From contig CAVUGD010000017.1 of assembly GCA_963740715.1 (NCBI GenBank), positions 4,447-68,446 of the forward strand: DNA of 64,000 nt, written 5' to 3'. A program made the position numbers and the translations under genes. Within the stretch, counting starts at the first letter, position 1. Every line of letters begins with the position of its first letter. Positions 38,253 to 48,262 of the stretch are shown piece after piece. The DNA comes from an uncultured Verrucomicrobiae bacterium (GTDB taxonomy: Bacteria; Verrucomicrobiota; Verrucomicrobiia; Chthoniobacterales; UBA10450). The notes beneath the pieces are model-generated. The model made no database searches, was not told where the DNA came from, and worked only from the letters and a program-made list of their open reading frames with translations.

Positions 38253-39317
38253 TCACCGGCATCGGGGTCGGGTGAGACCGCTTTCGCTTTGCGGACTTCC
38301 GGTTCTTTCGCGGCCGCTTTGCTTTCTTTCGGCGCGCGGTTTCGATTCCTGCGGCGGCTTGGGCGGAATCATTTCCTCAGCAGGCTCGAGCTCGGAGATG
38401 ACGGCCGAAGCAGGCTGCGCGAAAGTGACCGGGATATTGCGCGCGACCAGCAGGTTGACGGTCGCGATCGGGCGCTGAGTGTCGTCGCTGTAGACGAGGA
38501 ACTGCTCCAGCCGCTGCATCTGCTGGTCGAGGTTTTCAAAACCGAACATGACCCGGGTGTGGTTCTTGTCCGTCACGAGCAGGCAATAACCTTTCGAGAC
38601 ATCGACCTCGCGGATCTGGAAGCGCGTCTGCATGAAGCTCGTCGTCGTTAGGCGGAGAAGTTCGAGGGCGGCTTTGGCCTCAAAGGAATCGACCGTTTTA
38701 CCCGGGACGAGCGCTTCGCTCGAGCACCCGGTGATCAAAGGGAGGGCGAGATACTCGGGGAGCAGTTTTTTTTCCTTCATCAGGATCCCGCGCGCGTCGA
38801 CGAGGAAGGCGGCATCGGAGGCAAACGGATCGGACACCGCCTGCTCGCTCGTGATCCAGGCGATCGGTTTGCGTTCCACGATCGTGATATCGATCTCGTT
38901 AGGCATCTTTCGCTCCACCTGCACGTCATCGACCTGCGGGAGCTGCTGCAAGCGGTCGTGAACCTGGGCGAGGTTGACCGAAAAAATGTTCAAGCCCTCC
39001 TGCAACTCGCCTGCTTTCAGGACCTGGTCGCGCTGCAGCGTGCCGTCGGTCTGGACCGCGATCGTGCTCAGCCGGTAGTCGGGGTTATCGAAAAAGAAAC
39101 GGCTCAGCCCGGTCCTGACGCCGTAGTAGGCGCCGGCGACGAGTGCGATCGCGAGCGCGATTTTCGAGACGAAGAGGAGGACGCGACGGTTGCGATGATG
39201 CGAGGCGCGCCGGGCCCGCACCTTGACGTCGAGCAGGTGTTGCTGCTTGCGCTGGCGCGAAGTCGAGAGCCGGCGATTGCCGATGCGCGGTTGGTTTTTA
39301 TTCGTTTGCACTCTCAT
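38253..39317 (-). CDS. ftsQ: Cell division protein FtsQ (POTRA domain)
   Basis: Basic N-terminal tail, a single TM (VLLFVSKIALAIALVAGAYY) and POTRA/FtsQ-type domains. ATGA overlap with ddl. Confidence 0.8.
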   Translation of the reverse strand: MRVQTNKNQPRIGNRRLSTSRQRKQQHLLDVKVRARRASHHRNRRVLLFVSKIALAIALVAGAYYGVRTGLSRFFFDNPDYRLSTIAVQTDGTLQRDQVLKAGELQEGLNIFSVNLAQVHDRLQQLPQVDDVQVERKMPNEIDITIVERKPIAWITSEQAVSDPFASDAAFLVDARGILMKEKKLLPEYLALPLITGCSSEALVPGKTVDSFEAKAALELLRLTTTSFMQTRFQIREVDVSKGYCLLVTDKNHTRVMFGFENLDQQMQRLEQFLVYSDDTQRPIATVNLLVARNIPVTFAQPASAVISELEPAEEMIPPKPPQESKPRAERKQSGRERTGSPQSESGLTRPRCR

Positions 39318-40245
39318 TTTTTCGGGGGCCGGGCGGCGAGTGAAAGTTCGACGATGCGAAGGCAGAGCTGCGGATAAGTGATGCCGGCGACGGCCGCGGC
39401 GTCGGGGAGCAGGCTGGTCTCGGTCATGCCCGGGATGGTGTTGATCTCGAGAACGGAGGGCTGGCCTTCTTCCGGGAGCATGATGTCGACGCGGGAATAG
39501 ACTTTGAGCCCTAACGATCGGGTGGCGAGCAGCGCGAGATCCTGGATTTTGCTCGTCAGATCACCCGGAATCTCGGCCGGGCAGACGTGCTGGGCACCGC
39601 CGCCGCCTTGAGGATTGAGAAACGGATACTTGTCGTTGAAATCGTAAAAGCCGCTCTTCGGGATGATCTCCAGCACCGGCAAGGCCAGGTCGCCCAGGAC
39701 GCCGATGGTCAGTTCGCGCCCGGGAATGAACTGCTCGATCAGGAGTTCTTCGTCGTATTTGGCGGCCTCGCTCAGGTCGGTCGCGACCGCGGACTCTTCT
39801 TTCACGATGTAAACGCCCACGGTCGATCCCTGGCGCGGCGCCTTGATCACGTACGGAATGGGGAGCGTGGGCTGCTGGCCGGTGTGGATGATTTCCCAGG
39901 TCGGAGTGGCGACGCCGTGCTGGCTAAATTTTTTCTTCGACTCGATTTTATCGAAAGCGAGCCGGCTTTTTTCGACATCCTCGCCGGTGTAGGGAACGCC
40001 GCGGTCCTCGAGGATCTGCTGCACCTGGCCGTCCTCGCCGAAGGTGCCGTGGAGGGCGATGAAGGCCAGTTCGGTGTCGTTAGGCAAAACGAAGTCCGGA
40101 CCTTGCACATCGACCTCTGTGACTTCCGCGCCTAACGAGCGGAGCGCTTTGGCCACGCCCGCGCCGGTGGCGAGCGAGACCGCCCGCTCGGAGCCGGGGC
40201 CGCCTTTCAGAACCGCGATATTTTTTGCCAGTTAAGATCGATCAT
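39314..40245 (-). CDS. ddl: D-alanine--D-alanine ligase, one frameshift as sequenced in a T6/A6 run (40221..40226)
   Basis: The ATG at 40245 gives MIDLNWQK. The conserved N-terminus NIAVLKGGPGSERAVSL continues in the frame of ORF 39314..40156. ATP-grasp motifs follow (VIKAPRQGSTVGV, EINTIPGMT). Confidence 0.9.
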
Positions 40246-40451
40246 GGAGTCCTCCGGGTCCGGGTAGCGCACGGGCTGCCAGCCCGTTGGCCGCCGGGAG
40301 TTTGCCGGCGGCCCGGTTGGAATTTGCAGGAGTTGCGGAGATCGGAAGCGTCTCTTGACTGCCGCGCCCTGGAAGTCCGTCGCGGTGGAACTCCGCGACC
40401 GGCACGCCGGGGTGGCGCCGCGCTACCCGGAGAAATCTGTGCGCATGCCTT

Positions 40452-42747
40452 TCATGCTTCCTCCCCCACGATTTGCACTTCGGTTTCGAGCTCGACCCCG
40501 CGCTCTTTTCGCGCCGTCGCCTGGATTTGCCCGATTAACTCCAGGACCTGGTCGGCCGTGGCCGCGCCTTCGTTGACGATAAAATTTCCGTGCACCTCCG
40601 AGACCCGCGCATCTCCCACGCGCGAGCCTTTCAAGCCCAGTTCGTCGACCAGTTTGCCGGCCGGGCAGGCGGCCGGATTCTTGAAAATGCAGCCGGCACT
40701 CTTCGCGCTCGGTTGGGTGGTGCGGCGTTTTTCCTGCGAAGCGTCGAGTCGCCTAACGATCTCTTCAGTCGACGATTTTTCCCCGCGGAAAACGGCCGAG
40801 ACGGCAAAATTTTCGTCGAGCGAGGGGACGTGGCGATAATGCACTTCCAATTCGCCCGGCGTTTTTTCGTGCGCCACGCCTTCGCGGTCGAGGAAACGCA
40901 CCCGCACGACCTGGTCGAAAGTCTGCACCCCCATCGCGCCGGCGTTCATGCGCAGACCACCGCCGACCGAGCCCGGGATTCCCTCCATCCATTCAAAGCC
41001 GCCAATCCCCGCGGCTTTACCCGCGTAGGCGATCTGCTTCAGCTTCGCCCCGACGCCAGCCGTCACTTCCAGGCCCGTCGTTTCGACTTTCTCAAACTCG
41101 CCCCCGCTCGGATGAACGACCACGCCGCGAATGCCGCCATCGCGCACGAGCAGATTCGAGCCACGGCCGATGACGAATAGCGGAAGATTTTCGCGCCGGC
41201 AAAACCGGATCAGTCTCGCAAGAGCTTCCTCGGTTCTCGGCTCGACCCAGAACTGCGCCGGGCCGCCGACGCGCAACGTGGTGTGCTTCGCGAGCGGCTC
41301 GGAGAGACGCACTTCGCCTTCCGCTCCGACGATCTCTTTCAAGCGTTCCGCGATGACCAGCTCGGCCGCGAGCTTGGCCAATTGCTCGTGCACATTGCCC
41401 GCACCGAGGCTGAGAATGAGATCGCCTTCCAGCAGCATCCGCCCGAGGTCGCCGTGCAGCCGATCGAGCCGCGGCTGGTAGGAAACGGCGCGATGGCCAT
41501 GCTGCGAGATCGCGTCGGCGATCGTCTGGCCGGTGATCCCCGGCAGAGCGGCTTCGCTGGCGGCGTAGATATCCGTGATCACGACATGGTCGGCATCGTC
41601 AAAAGCGGCCCCAAATTCGTGCTGCAACGCCTTCGTCCGGGAATAACGATGCGGCTGGAACATGGTCACGACGCGTTTGCGCCCGGCCGAGCGCGCGGTC
41701 GCGAGCGTGGCCCGGATCTCGGTCGGGTGATGCGCGTAATCGTCGACCAGGAGAAAGCGATCGCTCTGGTATTTGATCTCGAAACGGCGCCGGGCGTGGC
41801 GAAAAGTGCCTAACGACTTGGCGATTTTCTCGAACGGGATGCCGAGCTCGGTGGCGAGCGCGATGACGCCGAGCGCGTTGCTCACATTGTGCCGGCCGGG
41901 CACGCTCAGGGTCGCGTCGCCCAGTTTCTCGTCGCCTCGTTGCACGCAGAAAGTGGCGGCGAAATCCTGCAGCTCGATCCCGGTCGCGCGATAGCGCGCA
42001 GCCGCCGTGAAGCCGTAGGAAATGGTCCGCGCATGCGCGCTGCAGATGCGCGGGGCGTGCAGATCGTCCGCGCAATAAAAGACCGTGCCCTTTGTCTGGC
42101 GGAGCAATTTCGCGAAGACCTCTTCGATCGCGGCCAGGTCCTTGTAATAGTCGAGATGTTCCTCTTCGACGTTGAGGATGAGGGCGTGCTCCGGTTGGAA
42201 AAGTTGCAGCGTGCCGTCGCTCTCGTCGCCTTCCGCGACGAAATATTCGCCGCGCTTGTCCCAGTGCGCGTTGCTCCCAAGAATCGGAATTTCCGCGCCG
42301 ACGTAATGCGACGGATGCAGACCGCCGCCGCGCAAAACATGCGCGGTCATCGCGGTCGTGGTCGTCTTGCCGTGCATCCCGGCGATGATGATGCCGCGTT
42401 TGCCGAGCATGATGGCGGCGAGCGCTTCAGCGCGACGGATGGTGGGAATTTTTTGATCCTGCGGCCGCGACCAGGATCGGGTTGTCGGCCTTGATCGCGG
42501 AGGAATAAACAATCAGTTCGGCGCCGGCCGCGTCTTCCGCCCGATGGGGCGAGGAAAAGCGCAGGCCGAGCTGGGCCAGCCGTTGCGTTTCCTGGGTCCG
42601 CGCCTTGTCCGAGCCGCGCACATCGTGTCCGAGCTCGAGCAGGAGCGACGCGATGCCGCTCATCCCGCTCCCGGCGACGCCGATGAGATGGATCGCGTGC
42701 CGTTCCGCGGTCAGGAATTTTGGGAGATCAGGCGGCAACGGCGTCAT
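40452..42747 (-). CDS. murC: Fused UDP-N-acetylmuramate--L-alanine ligase / UDP-N-acetylenolpyruvoylglucosamine reductase (MurC-MurB), one frameshift as sequenced (~42455-42462)
   Basis: MurC N-terminus HLIGVAGSGMSGIA (ORF 42427..42747) joins to IPTIRRAEALAA...GMHGKTTTT. MurB (HTTLRVGGPAQFWV...IGRGSNLLV...GSVGGGLRMNAGA) follows in one ORF without an intervening stop. Confidence 0.85.
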
Positions 42748-43831
42748 TGGGCTGACTATATTTCTCCATCGTTTCCACGACCAGATTGGCCGCGTTTTTC
42801 GGCGCGAGGGCGACGGCGTTGGCCGACATGGTGCGAAGGGTGGCGGGCGCGCTCAGCAGTTCGAGAATTTTTTCGGCCAGCAATTCGCCGGTCAGCTCGG
42901 ATTCCTTCAAGAGCAGGGCGGCTTTTGCCTTAACGAAGATTTCCGCATTGCGGGTCTGGTGATCGTCCGCGGCGTAGGGGTAGGGGACGAGCAGCGCGGG
43001 CAGCCCGAAAGTGGCCAACTCGGCCAGGCTGGCCGCGCCGCTGCGGGCGATCGCGAAATCGGCGGCGCTGTAAACTTCCTCCATCTGGTGATGAAAGGCG
43101 GCGACGAAGGCCGGGATATTTTCGCGCCGGTAATTATCTTCCAGCAACCGCGCATCGCGACTGCCGGAGAGATGAATCACCTGAAGAGACACGCCCTGGA
43201 GCGAAGGCATCGCCTTGATCAGCGTCTGGTTGATTCCGCTCGCACCCTGGCTGCCACCCATCACGAGCAGAGTGGGGATGTCCGATTCCAAACCAAGTTT
43301 CGCGAGCGCTTCTTTGCGGTCGAGCGGGCGCAGGGTGGAACGAATCGGCGTGCCGGTAAATTCCGTCCGCGCCTTCGGAAAAAAGCCGGCGCATTCCTGA
43401 AAACCGAGCAGCACGGCCCGGACGAAACGCGCGGTGTGCCGGTTCGCTTTTCCCGGGTAGGCGTTCGATTCGTGAATGAAGGTCGGGATGCCGCGCATCC
43501 GGCCGGCGATGACCGGCGCGGTCGAAGTGAACCCGCCCATCCCGAGGACGACGTCGGGATTGAACTTGCGAAAAATCCCGCGGCAAAGGGAAAGGCTCTC
43601 GTTGAACCGCCTAACGAACGCGAGAATAGCCGGCGAAAAAGGCGAGGGGAGCGCGATCGTCGGGAGCTTCTCGAAACGGAACTCCGACCGTCCCTCGGCC
43701 GCGAGGGTGTCGATCTCCTTCTCGGAAATGAAAAGCAGCACCTCGTGCCCGCGTTCCCGCAGCACCTCGGCCACGGCGAGACCGGGAAAGAGATGCCCGC
43801 CCGTTCCTCCACATGCAATCACGGCGTTCAT
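42728..43831 (-). CDS. murG: UDP-N-acetylglucosamine--N-acetylmuramyl-(pentapeptide) pyrophosphoryl-undecaprenol GlcNAc transferase
   Basis: MNAVIACGGTGGHLFPGLAVA start (ATG at 43831) and the GGSQGA motif; 367 aa. Confidence 0.9.
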   Translation of the reverse strand: MNAVIACGGTGGHLFPGLAVAEVLRERGHEVLLFISEKEIDTLAAEGRSEFRFEKLPTIALPSPFSPAILAFVRRFNESLSLCRGIFRKFNPDVVLGMGGFTSTAPVIAGRMRGIPTFIHESNAYPGKANRHTARFVRAVLLGFQECAGFFPKARTEFTGTPIRSTLRPLDRKEALAKLGLESDIPTLLVMGGSQGASGINQTLIKAMPSLQGVSLQVIHLSGSRDARLLEDNYRRENIPAFVAAFHHQMEEVYSAADFAIARSGAASLAELATFGLPALLVPYPYAADDHQTRNAEIFVKAKAALLLKESELTGELLAEKILELLSAPATLRTMSANAVALAPKNAANLVVETMEKYSQPNDAVAA

Positions 43832-43932
43832 GGGGTGCGCCCTCGTAGAGCTCTGCGAAGCGCGGGTGCGGAGGCACGGGGCGTCGAACTCGCTTCGAGG
43901 ACTCTCGTGACCGCGTGGTGCGAAAATTTCCA

Positions 43933-45077
43933 TCAGATCCTCGGCGTGACCCGCGCCCGGAGCGCCATTTCCTTTTTTGGCGCGGGCTCGAGCACGCCCT
44001 GTCGGTAGATATTCAAGAGAAGCCCAACCGCGAAAAGCGCCACCACAAGATTCGAGCCGCCGTAGCTCACAAACGGGAGCGGCAGGCCCTTGTTCGGCAA
44101 AAGCGAAGTGACGACCCCGATGTTGATCGCGGCCTGGAAGGCGAGCAGCGAAACGATCCCGCTCGCGAGGAGAAGGCCGAAGCGATCGCGCGCATGGAGC
44201 GCGATCGTCATCCCGCAGATGATGATGAGGACGAAAAGAAAAACCACGAGCAGGCTGAAACGCAGGCCCAGTTCCTCGCCCACGATCGGGAAAATAAAAT
44301 CGGTGTGCGCGTATGGGCAGGTAGGACATTTTTTGCCGGCCGTTGCCCAGCCCGAGGCCCTCGATCCCGCCGCTGCCCCAGGCGATCAGGGCCTGCATCT
44401 GCTGCAGGCCGGCGGTCAGTTTGTAATCCTCGGGGTGGAGGAAGGCCAGGAGGCGGCCGTTCCGTTCCGCGATGTGGGTCGCGAGGTAAAGAATGGCGCC
44501 GACCCCGCCTAACGACAGGGTGCCGAGGAGGGCGAGGTTGGTCCCGGCGATGAACATGACGACAAAAGTCGTCGCCGCCGATGAGGACGGTCGTGCCGAG
44601 ATCGACCTCGGTGATGATGAGCGCGATGAGCAGACTAACGATCGCCATCGGGAAGACGAAACCGCGCAGGAGCTTGCTGCTCTCCTTTTCATAACGCGAA
44701 AACCAGAACGCGAGAAAGATGACGGCCGCGAGCTTGGCGAACTCGGAGGGCTGACAGGTGATGCCGTGAAACTCGAGCCAGCGCCAGGAGCCATTGATCT
44801 TGTGCCGGAAAGGCGGCAGAAAACAGAGCGCCAGCCCGACGAACGAGAGGGCGAACCAGATATACCAGGTGCGCTGCCAGAAATGGTAATCGATCAGGGC
44901 CGCGGCGATGCAGGCGACGAGCCCGATCCCGAGCCACATCGCGTGCCGGCGCAGGAAATAATAAACGTCGTTGTGACTGTCGCGCGCGAAGGCGCCGGTG
45001 CTGAAGAGGATGACGATGCCAATCGCCAGCAGTCCCAGGACAGCAAGAAACAGGATGTAGGCGCTCTTCCGTTGCAT
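43933..45077 (-). CDS. ftsW: Cell division/peptidoglycan polymerase FtsW (SEDS family), two frameshifts as sequenced (~44580-44584, ~44312-44317)
   Basis: Three colinear pieces: ...LGTTVLI / AATTFVVMFIAGTN...GNGRQKMSYLP / YAHTDFIFPIVGEELG...LPLPFVSYGGS. Confidence 0.85.
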
Positions 45078-45096
45078 CGGGCGTTTCTCGCGGTCG

Positions 45097-45666
45097 TTAG
45101 TCTGGTTTGGCTTTGCTCGTGGTTTGGTTTGGGATGTGCAGCTTCTGTCCGATCTGCAATTTGCGCGGGTCGGTGATCTGGTTGAGCTCGAGCAAGTCGG
45201 CTTCCGAGACTTTGAGGTGGCGCGCGATCGTGACCGGGTTATCCCCTTTCACGACGGTGTAGATCTTGCCGGAATCGAGGATCGCCGGGGTGGTGATGAC
45301 CGCCTTGGCGTGTTCGGCCGGTTTTACCGGCGCCTTGGTTTCGGTCACATTAGTCGTTTTCGTCACTTCGTTAGGCGCAACCGTTTCCGGCTCCTCCGTC
45401 GCGACTGCGGGAGCAGCGGGCGCCGCGGCCGCTTCCGGCGCGTTCGCCGTCGCCATCGTCTCGCGGGTCTTGATCGTGTTAAAGGCAATGATCCCGGCCA
45501 CGGCGACGATGTGGAGGACGAGGACGATGAGGAGCGCGCGCGACAATTTCATGTTCGGCTCCGCCATTTGTTCGTAGTCCATGCCGTCGGGCAGACCGAG
45601 CGAGCGCGAGCGGCGGGCGGTCGAGGCCTGGAGTTTCTTTCGTTTCAGGATGGATGGCATTTTCAT
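45097..45666 (-). CDS. Membrane-anchored LysM-domain protein inside the dcw cluster
   Basis: ATG at 45666 (ATGA overlap with the murD stop), TM (ALLIVLVLHIVAVAGIIAF), an Ala/Pro/Thr-rich linker and a C-terminal LysM (YTVVKGDNPVTIARHLKVSEADLLELNQI...GQKLHIP). Confidence 0.75.
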   Translation of the reverse strand: MKMPSILKRKKLQASTARRSRSLGLPDGMDYEQMAEPNMKLSRALLIVLVLHIVAVAGIIAFNTIKTRETMATANAPEAAAAPAAPAVATEEPETVAPNEVTKTTNVTETKAPVKPAEHAKAVITTPAILDSGKIYTVVKGDNPVTIARHLKVSEADLLELNQITDPRKLQIGQKLHIPNQTTSKAKPD

Positions 45667-46997
45667 AGTGTTGGGTCGGGTAAACCGCGCACGAGGGCGC
45701 GAAATTGGTCGCCGCGATCGGCGTAGCTCTTGAACATGTCGAAGGAGGAAGTGCCGGGAGAAAAGAGAACGATCTCGCCTTCGCGGGCGGCGGCCTGGGC
45801 GCGGTCGACGGCGGCGCTTAACGACCCGGCGATCTCGCATTCCGTCGCCTCGCGCCAGTCGTGCGCGACGCTGGAAGCGATCTCGCCGATCAGGACGGCA
45901 TGCCGCACTTTGCGCGCGACGAGCGGGGCGATGGAATCGAAGGCGAAGCCTTTGTCTTTCCCGCCGGCGATGAGGACGATCGGTTTGGTCGAACTCAGGA
46001 GCGCTTTTTCGAGCGCGTCGAGATTGGTCGCCTTCGAGTCGTTGATGTAATCGACGCCCGCGATCGCGCGGATGAATTCGAGCCGGTGCAGTTGCGCGCG
46101 ATAGGCGCAGAGCGGCGGGACCATTTCTTCAAAGGACAAGCCGCGGGCCCGACCGACCGCGAGCGCGGCCATCATGTTTTCGGCGTTATGCGGGCCGCGC
46201 AATTGGGCTTTGGCCAGGTTTAGAATTGGTTGCTGCCGGTAGGCGATCCAGCCGTCGGCTAACGAAAAGTCGCCGTCGTTAGTCCAGGCGCTGAAAGTGG
46301 TCACTTTCGCCTTCAGGCCCGGCAGATGTTCCGCGACGTTGATCACCGCGGTGTCGTCGGCGGTTTGATTTTCGAAGATGCGCAGCTTGGCCGCGCGATA
46401 TTCGCGGATCGACGGGTAACGATCCAAGTGATCGGGCGCGAAATTGAGCCAGACGGTGATCTCGGGATGAAACTCGCGAATCGTTTCGAGCTGGAACGAG
46501 CTGACCTCGACCGTCAGGACGACGTAGTCTTCCTTTTCGCGCACCGCTTCGACGAGTGGTTTGCCGATGTTGCCGCAGGCCACGGTGCGCTGGCCGCACG
46601 CATTCAGCATTTGCGAGATTAATTCCGTCGTCGTCGTCTTGCCGTTGGTGCCGGTGATGCCGATGACCGGGACGGTGCAAAACTGCCAGCCGAGCTCCAG
46701 CTCGCCGATCGTCGGGATGTTCTTGCGCGAAAAATTTCGGCCTAACGCCAGCTCCGGATCGATTCCCGGGCTGAGCACACCGAGATCGTAAACCGCGGGA
46801 TCTTCTTCCGCCGCCGGACCGCAGAGCATGTAAACGCCCTTCGCGCGCAACGGGTCGAGGCCGGCCAGTTTCTCCTCGGGCGCGCTGTCGAGCATCGTCA
46901 CTTTTGCGCCCTCCTCCGCGAGAAGAAGCGCGGCCGCTTTCCCGCTCCGGCCCGCGCCGAGCACCGCGACGTTCTTGTTTTTGTAGTCGGGTTTCAT
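45663..46997 (-). CDS. murD: UDP-N-acetylmuramoylalanine--D-glutamate ligase
   Basis: VAVLGAGRSGKAAA and GITGTNGKTTTT; 444 aa Mur ligase in the expected cluster position. Confidence 0.9.
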   Translation of the reverse strand: MKPDYKNKNVAVLGAGRSGKAAALLLAEEGAKVTMLDSAPEEKLAGLDPLRAKGVYMLCGPAAEEDPAVYDLGVLSPGIDPELALGRNFSRKNIPTIGELELGWQFCTVPVIGITGTNGKTTTTELISQMLNACGQRTVACGNIGKPLVEAVREKEDYVVLTVEVSSFQLETIREFHPEITVWLNFAPDHLDRYPSIREYRAAKLRIFENQTADDTAVINVAEHLPGLKAKVTTFSAWTNDGDFSLADGWIAYRQQPILNLAKAQLRGPHNAENMMAALAVGRARGLSFEEMVPPLCAYRAQLHRLEFIRAIAGVDYINDSKATNLDALEKALLSSTKPIVLIAGGKDKGFAFDSIAPLVARKVRHAVLIGEIASSVAHDWREATECEIAGSLSAAVDRAQAAAREGEIVLFSPGTSSFDMFKSYADRGDQFRALVRGLPDPTL

Positions 46998-47010
46998 CGC
47001 AAACCCCTTC

Positions 47011-47133
47011 TGTCATCCCGATCCGCCGCAGGACGGAGAGGGACCTCACAAGCGACTCGATGCGTTGTTGCAAATAGAGGGTCGAACTCTTCGCGAGAGG
47101 TCCTTCGCCGCGCTGCGCCGGCTCAGGATGACA
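47011..47133. repeat. TGTCATCCCGA...GGATGACA palindromic element, copy B (mraY-murD spacer)
   Basis: The arms are nearly identical to copy A and the centre is unrelated. Confidence 0.85.
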
Positions 47134-47161
47134 ACCTTTGAGGTCGTGAGATGTTGGCATT

Positions 47162-48262
47162 TCATCGCAGTTTCAAAGTGGCGAGGCCCAAGAGCGCGAA
47201 GACGATCGAGAGGATCCAAAACCTCACGATCACGGTGTTTTCCTTCCAGCCGCTCAGTTCGAAATGATGATGGATCGGCGACATGGCGAAGAGCCGTTTG
47301 CCGGTCAGCTTGAAACTCAAAACCTGGAGGATGACGGAGACGGCTTCGATGACGAAGACGCCGCCCACGACCGCGAGGAGCAGCTCCTGTTTGGAGCAGA
47401 TCGCGACCACCCCAATCGTCCCGCCGATCGCGAGCGAACCGGTGTCGCCCATGAAGACTTTGGCGGGGTGACAATTGAACCAGAGAAAGCCGAGCCCGGC
47501 GCCGACGAGCGCGGCGCAGACCACCGCGAGCTCACCGGAGAAGGGATAAAACGGGACCTGCAAATATTGCGCGATGCGAAAGTTTCCCGCCGCATAGGAG
47601 AGCAACGCGTAGGCAAATGCGACGGTGATGGTGCAGCCGATGGCGAGACCATCGAGACCATCGGTCAGGTTCACCGCGTTCGACGCGCCGACGATGATGA
47701 GCGCGAAAAAGAAAAAGGTGAAGATGCCCATGTTCACGATCACGGGCAGTTTGTAGAAGGGCAGGTAAAGCGAGCGCGCCTGCACTTCGATCAGGGGATT
47801 GAGAAGGAAAAACGCGGTCACGATCCCGGCGAGCGCGATCTGGAAAACGAGTTTGAGCCGGCCGCTGATCCCGTCCGACTTCTTCTTCGTGACCTTCAGG
47901 TAATCGTCGACGAAGCCGAGAACGCCGAGGTAAACCATGCAGAAGATCACCAGCCAGACGAAAGGATTATCCGGCCGCGCCCACGCGACCGAGGCGACCA
48001 CAACCGAGCCGATGACCAGCACGCCGCCCATCGTGGGAGTGCCCTGTTTGGCGCCGTGCAACTCCGCCAGGTGGCGCACTTCCGAAGCGGTCCGGATGGG
48101 CTGGCCGATCTTGAGCGAGACGAGTTTGCGGATGACGTAGTTGCCGAAAAGAAGCGAGATCGCGAAAGCCGTGATGGCGGCGAGGACGGCGCGGAAGGTG
48201 ACGTAGTAGAAGACGTTGAAGCCTTTGAATTCCTCCGTCAGGAGATGCAGGTAAAACATCAT
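47162..48262 (-). CDS. mraY: Phospho-N-acetylmuramoyl-pentapeptide transferase
   Basis: True start MMFYLHLL at 48262, overlapping the murF stop. Motifs KxGTPTMGG, NAVNLTDGLDGLA and MGDTGSLAIG. The 191-aa upstream extension in the ORF track is an out-of-frame overlap with murF. Confidence 0.9.
   Translation of the reverse strand: MMFYLHLLTEEFKGFNVFYYVTFRAVLAAITAFAISLLFGNYVIRKLVSLKIGQPIRTASEVRHLAELHGAKQGTPTMGGVLVIGSVVVASVAWARPDNPFVWLVIFCMVYLGVLGFVDDYLKVTKKKSDGISGRLKLVFQIALAGIVTAFFLLNPLIEVQARSLYLPFYKLPVIVNMGIFTFFFFALIIVGASNAVNLTDGLDGLAIGCTITVAFAYALLSYAAGNFRIAQYLQVPFYPFSGELAVVCAALVGAGLGFLWFNCHPAKVFMGDTGSLAIGGTIGVVAICSKQELLLAVVGGVFVIEAVSVILQVLSFKLTGKRLFAMSPIHHHFELSGWKENTVIVRFWILSIVFALLGLATLKLR

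Noticed and set aside
42728-44794. A 688-aa ORF spanning murG and part of ftsW, and a 443-aa ORF at 3666..4997.
   Set aside because: Both are chimeric. The real gene (murG from 43831; sulfotransferase from 4344) is preceded by an out-of-frame read-through of the upstream gene.
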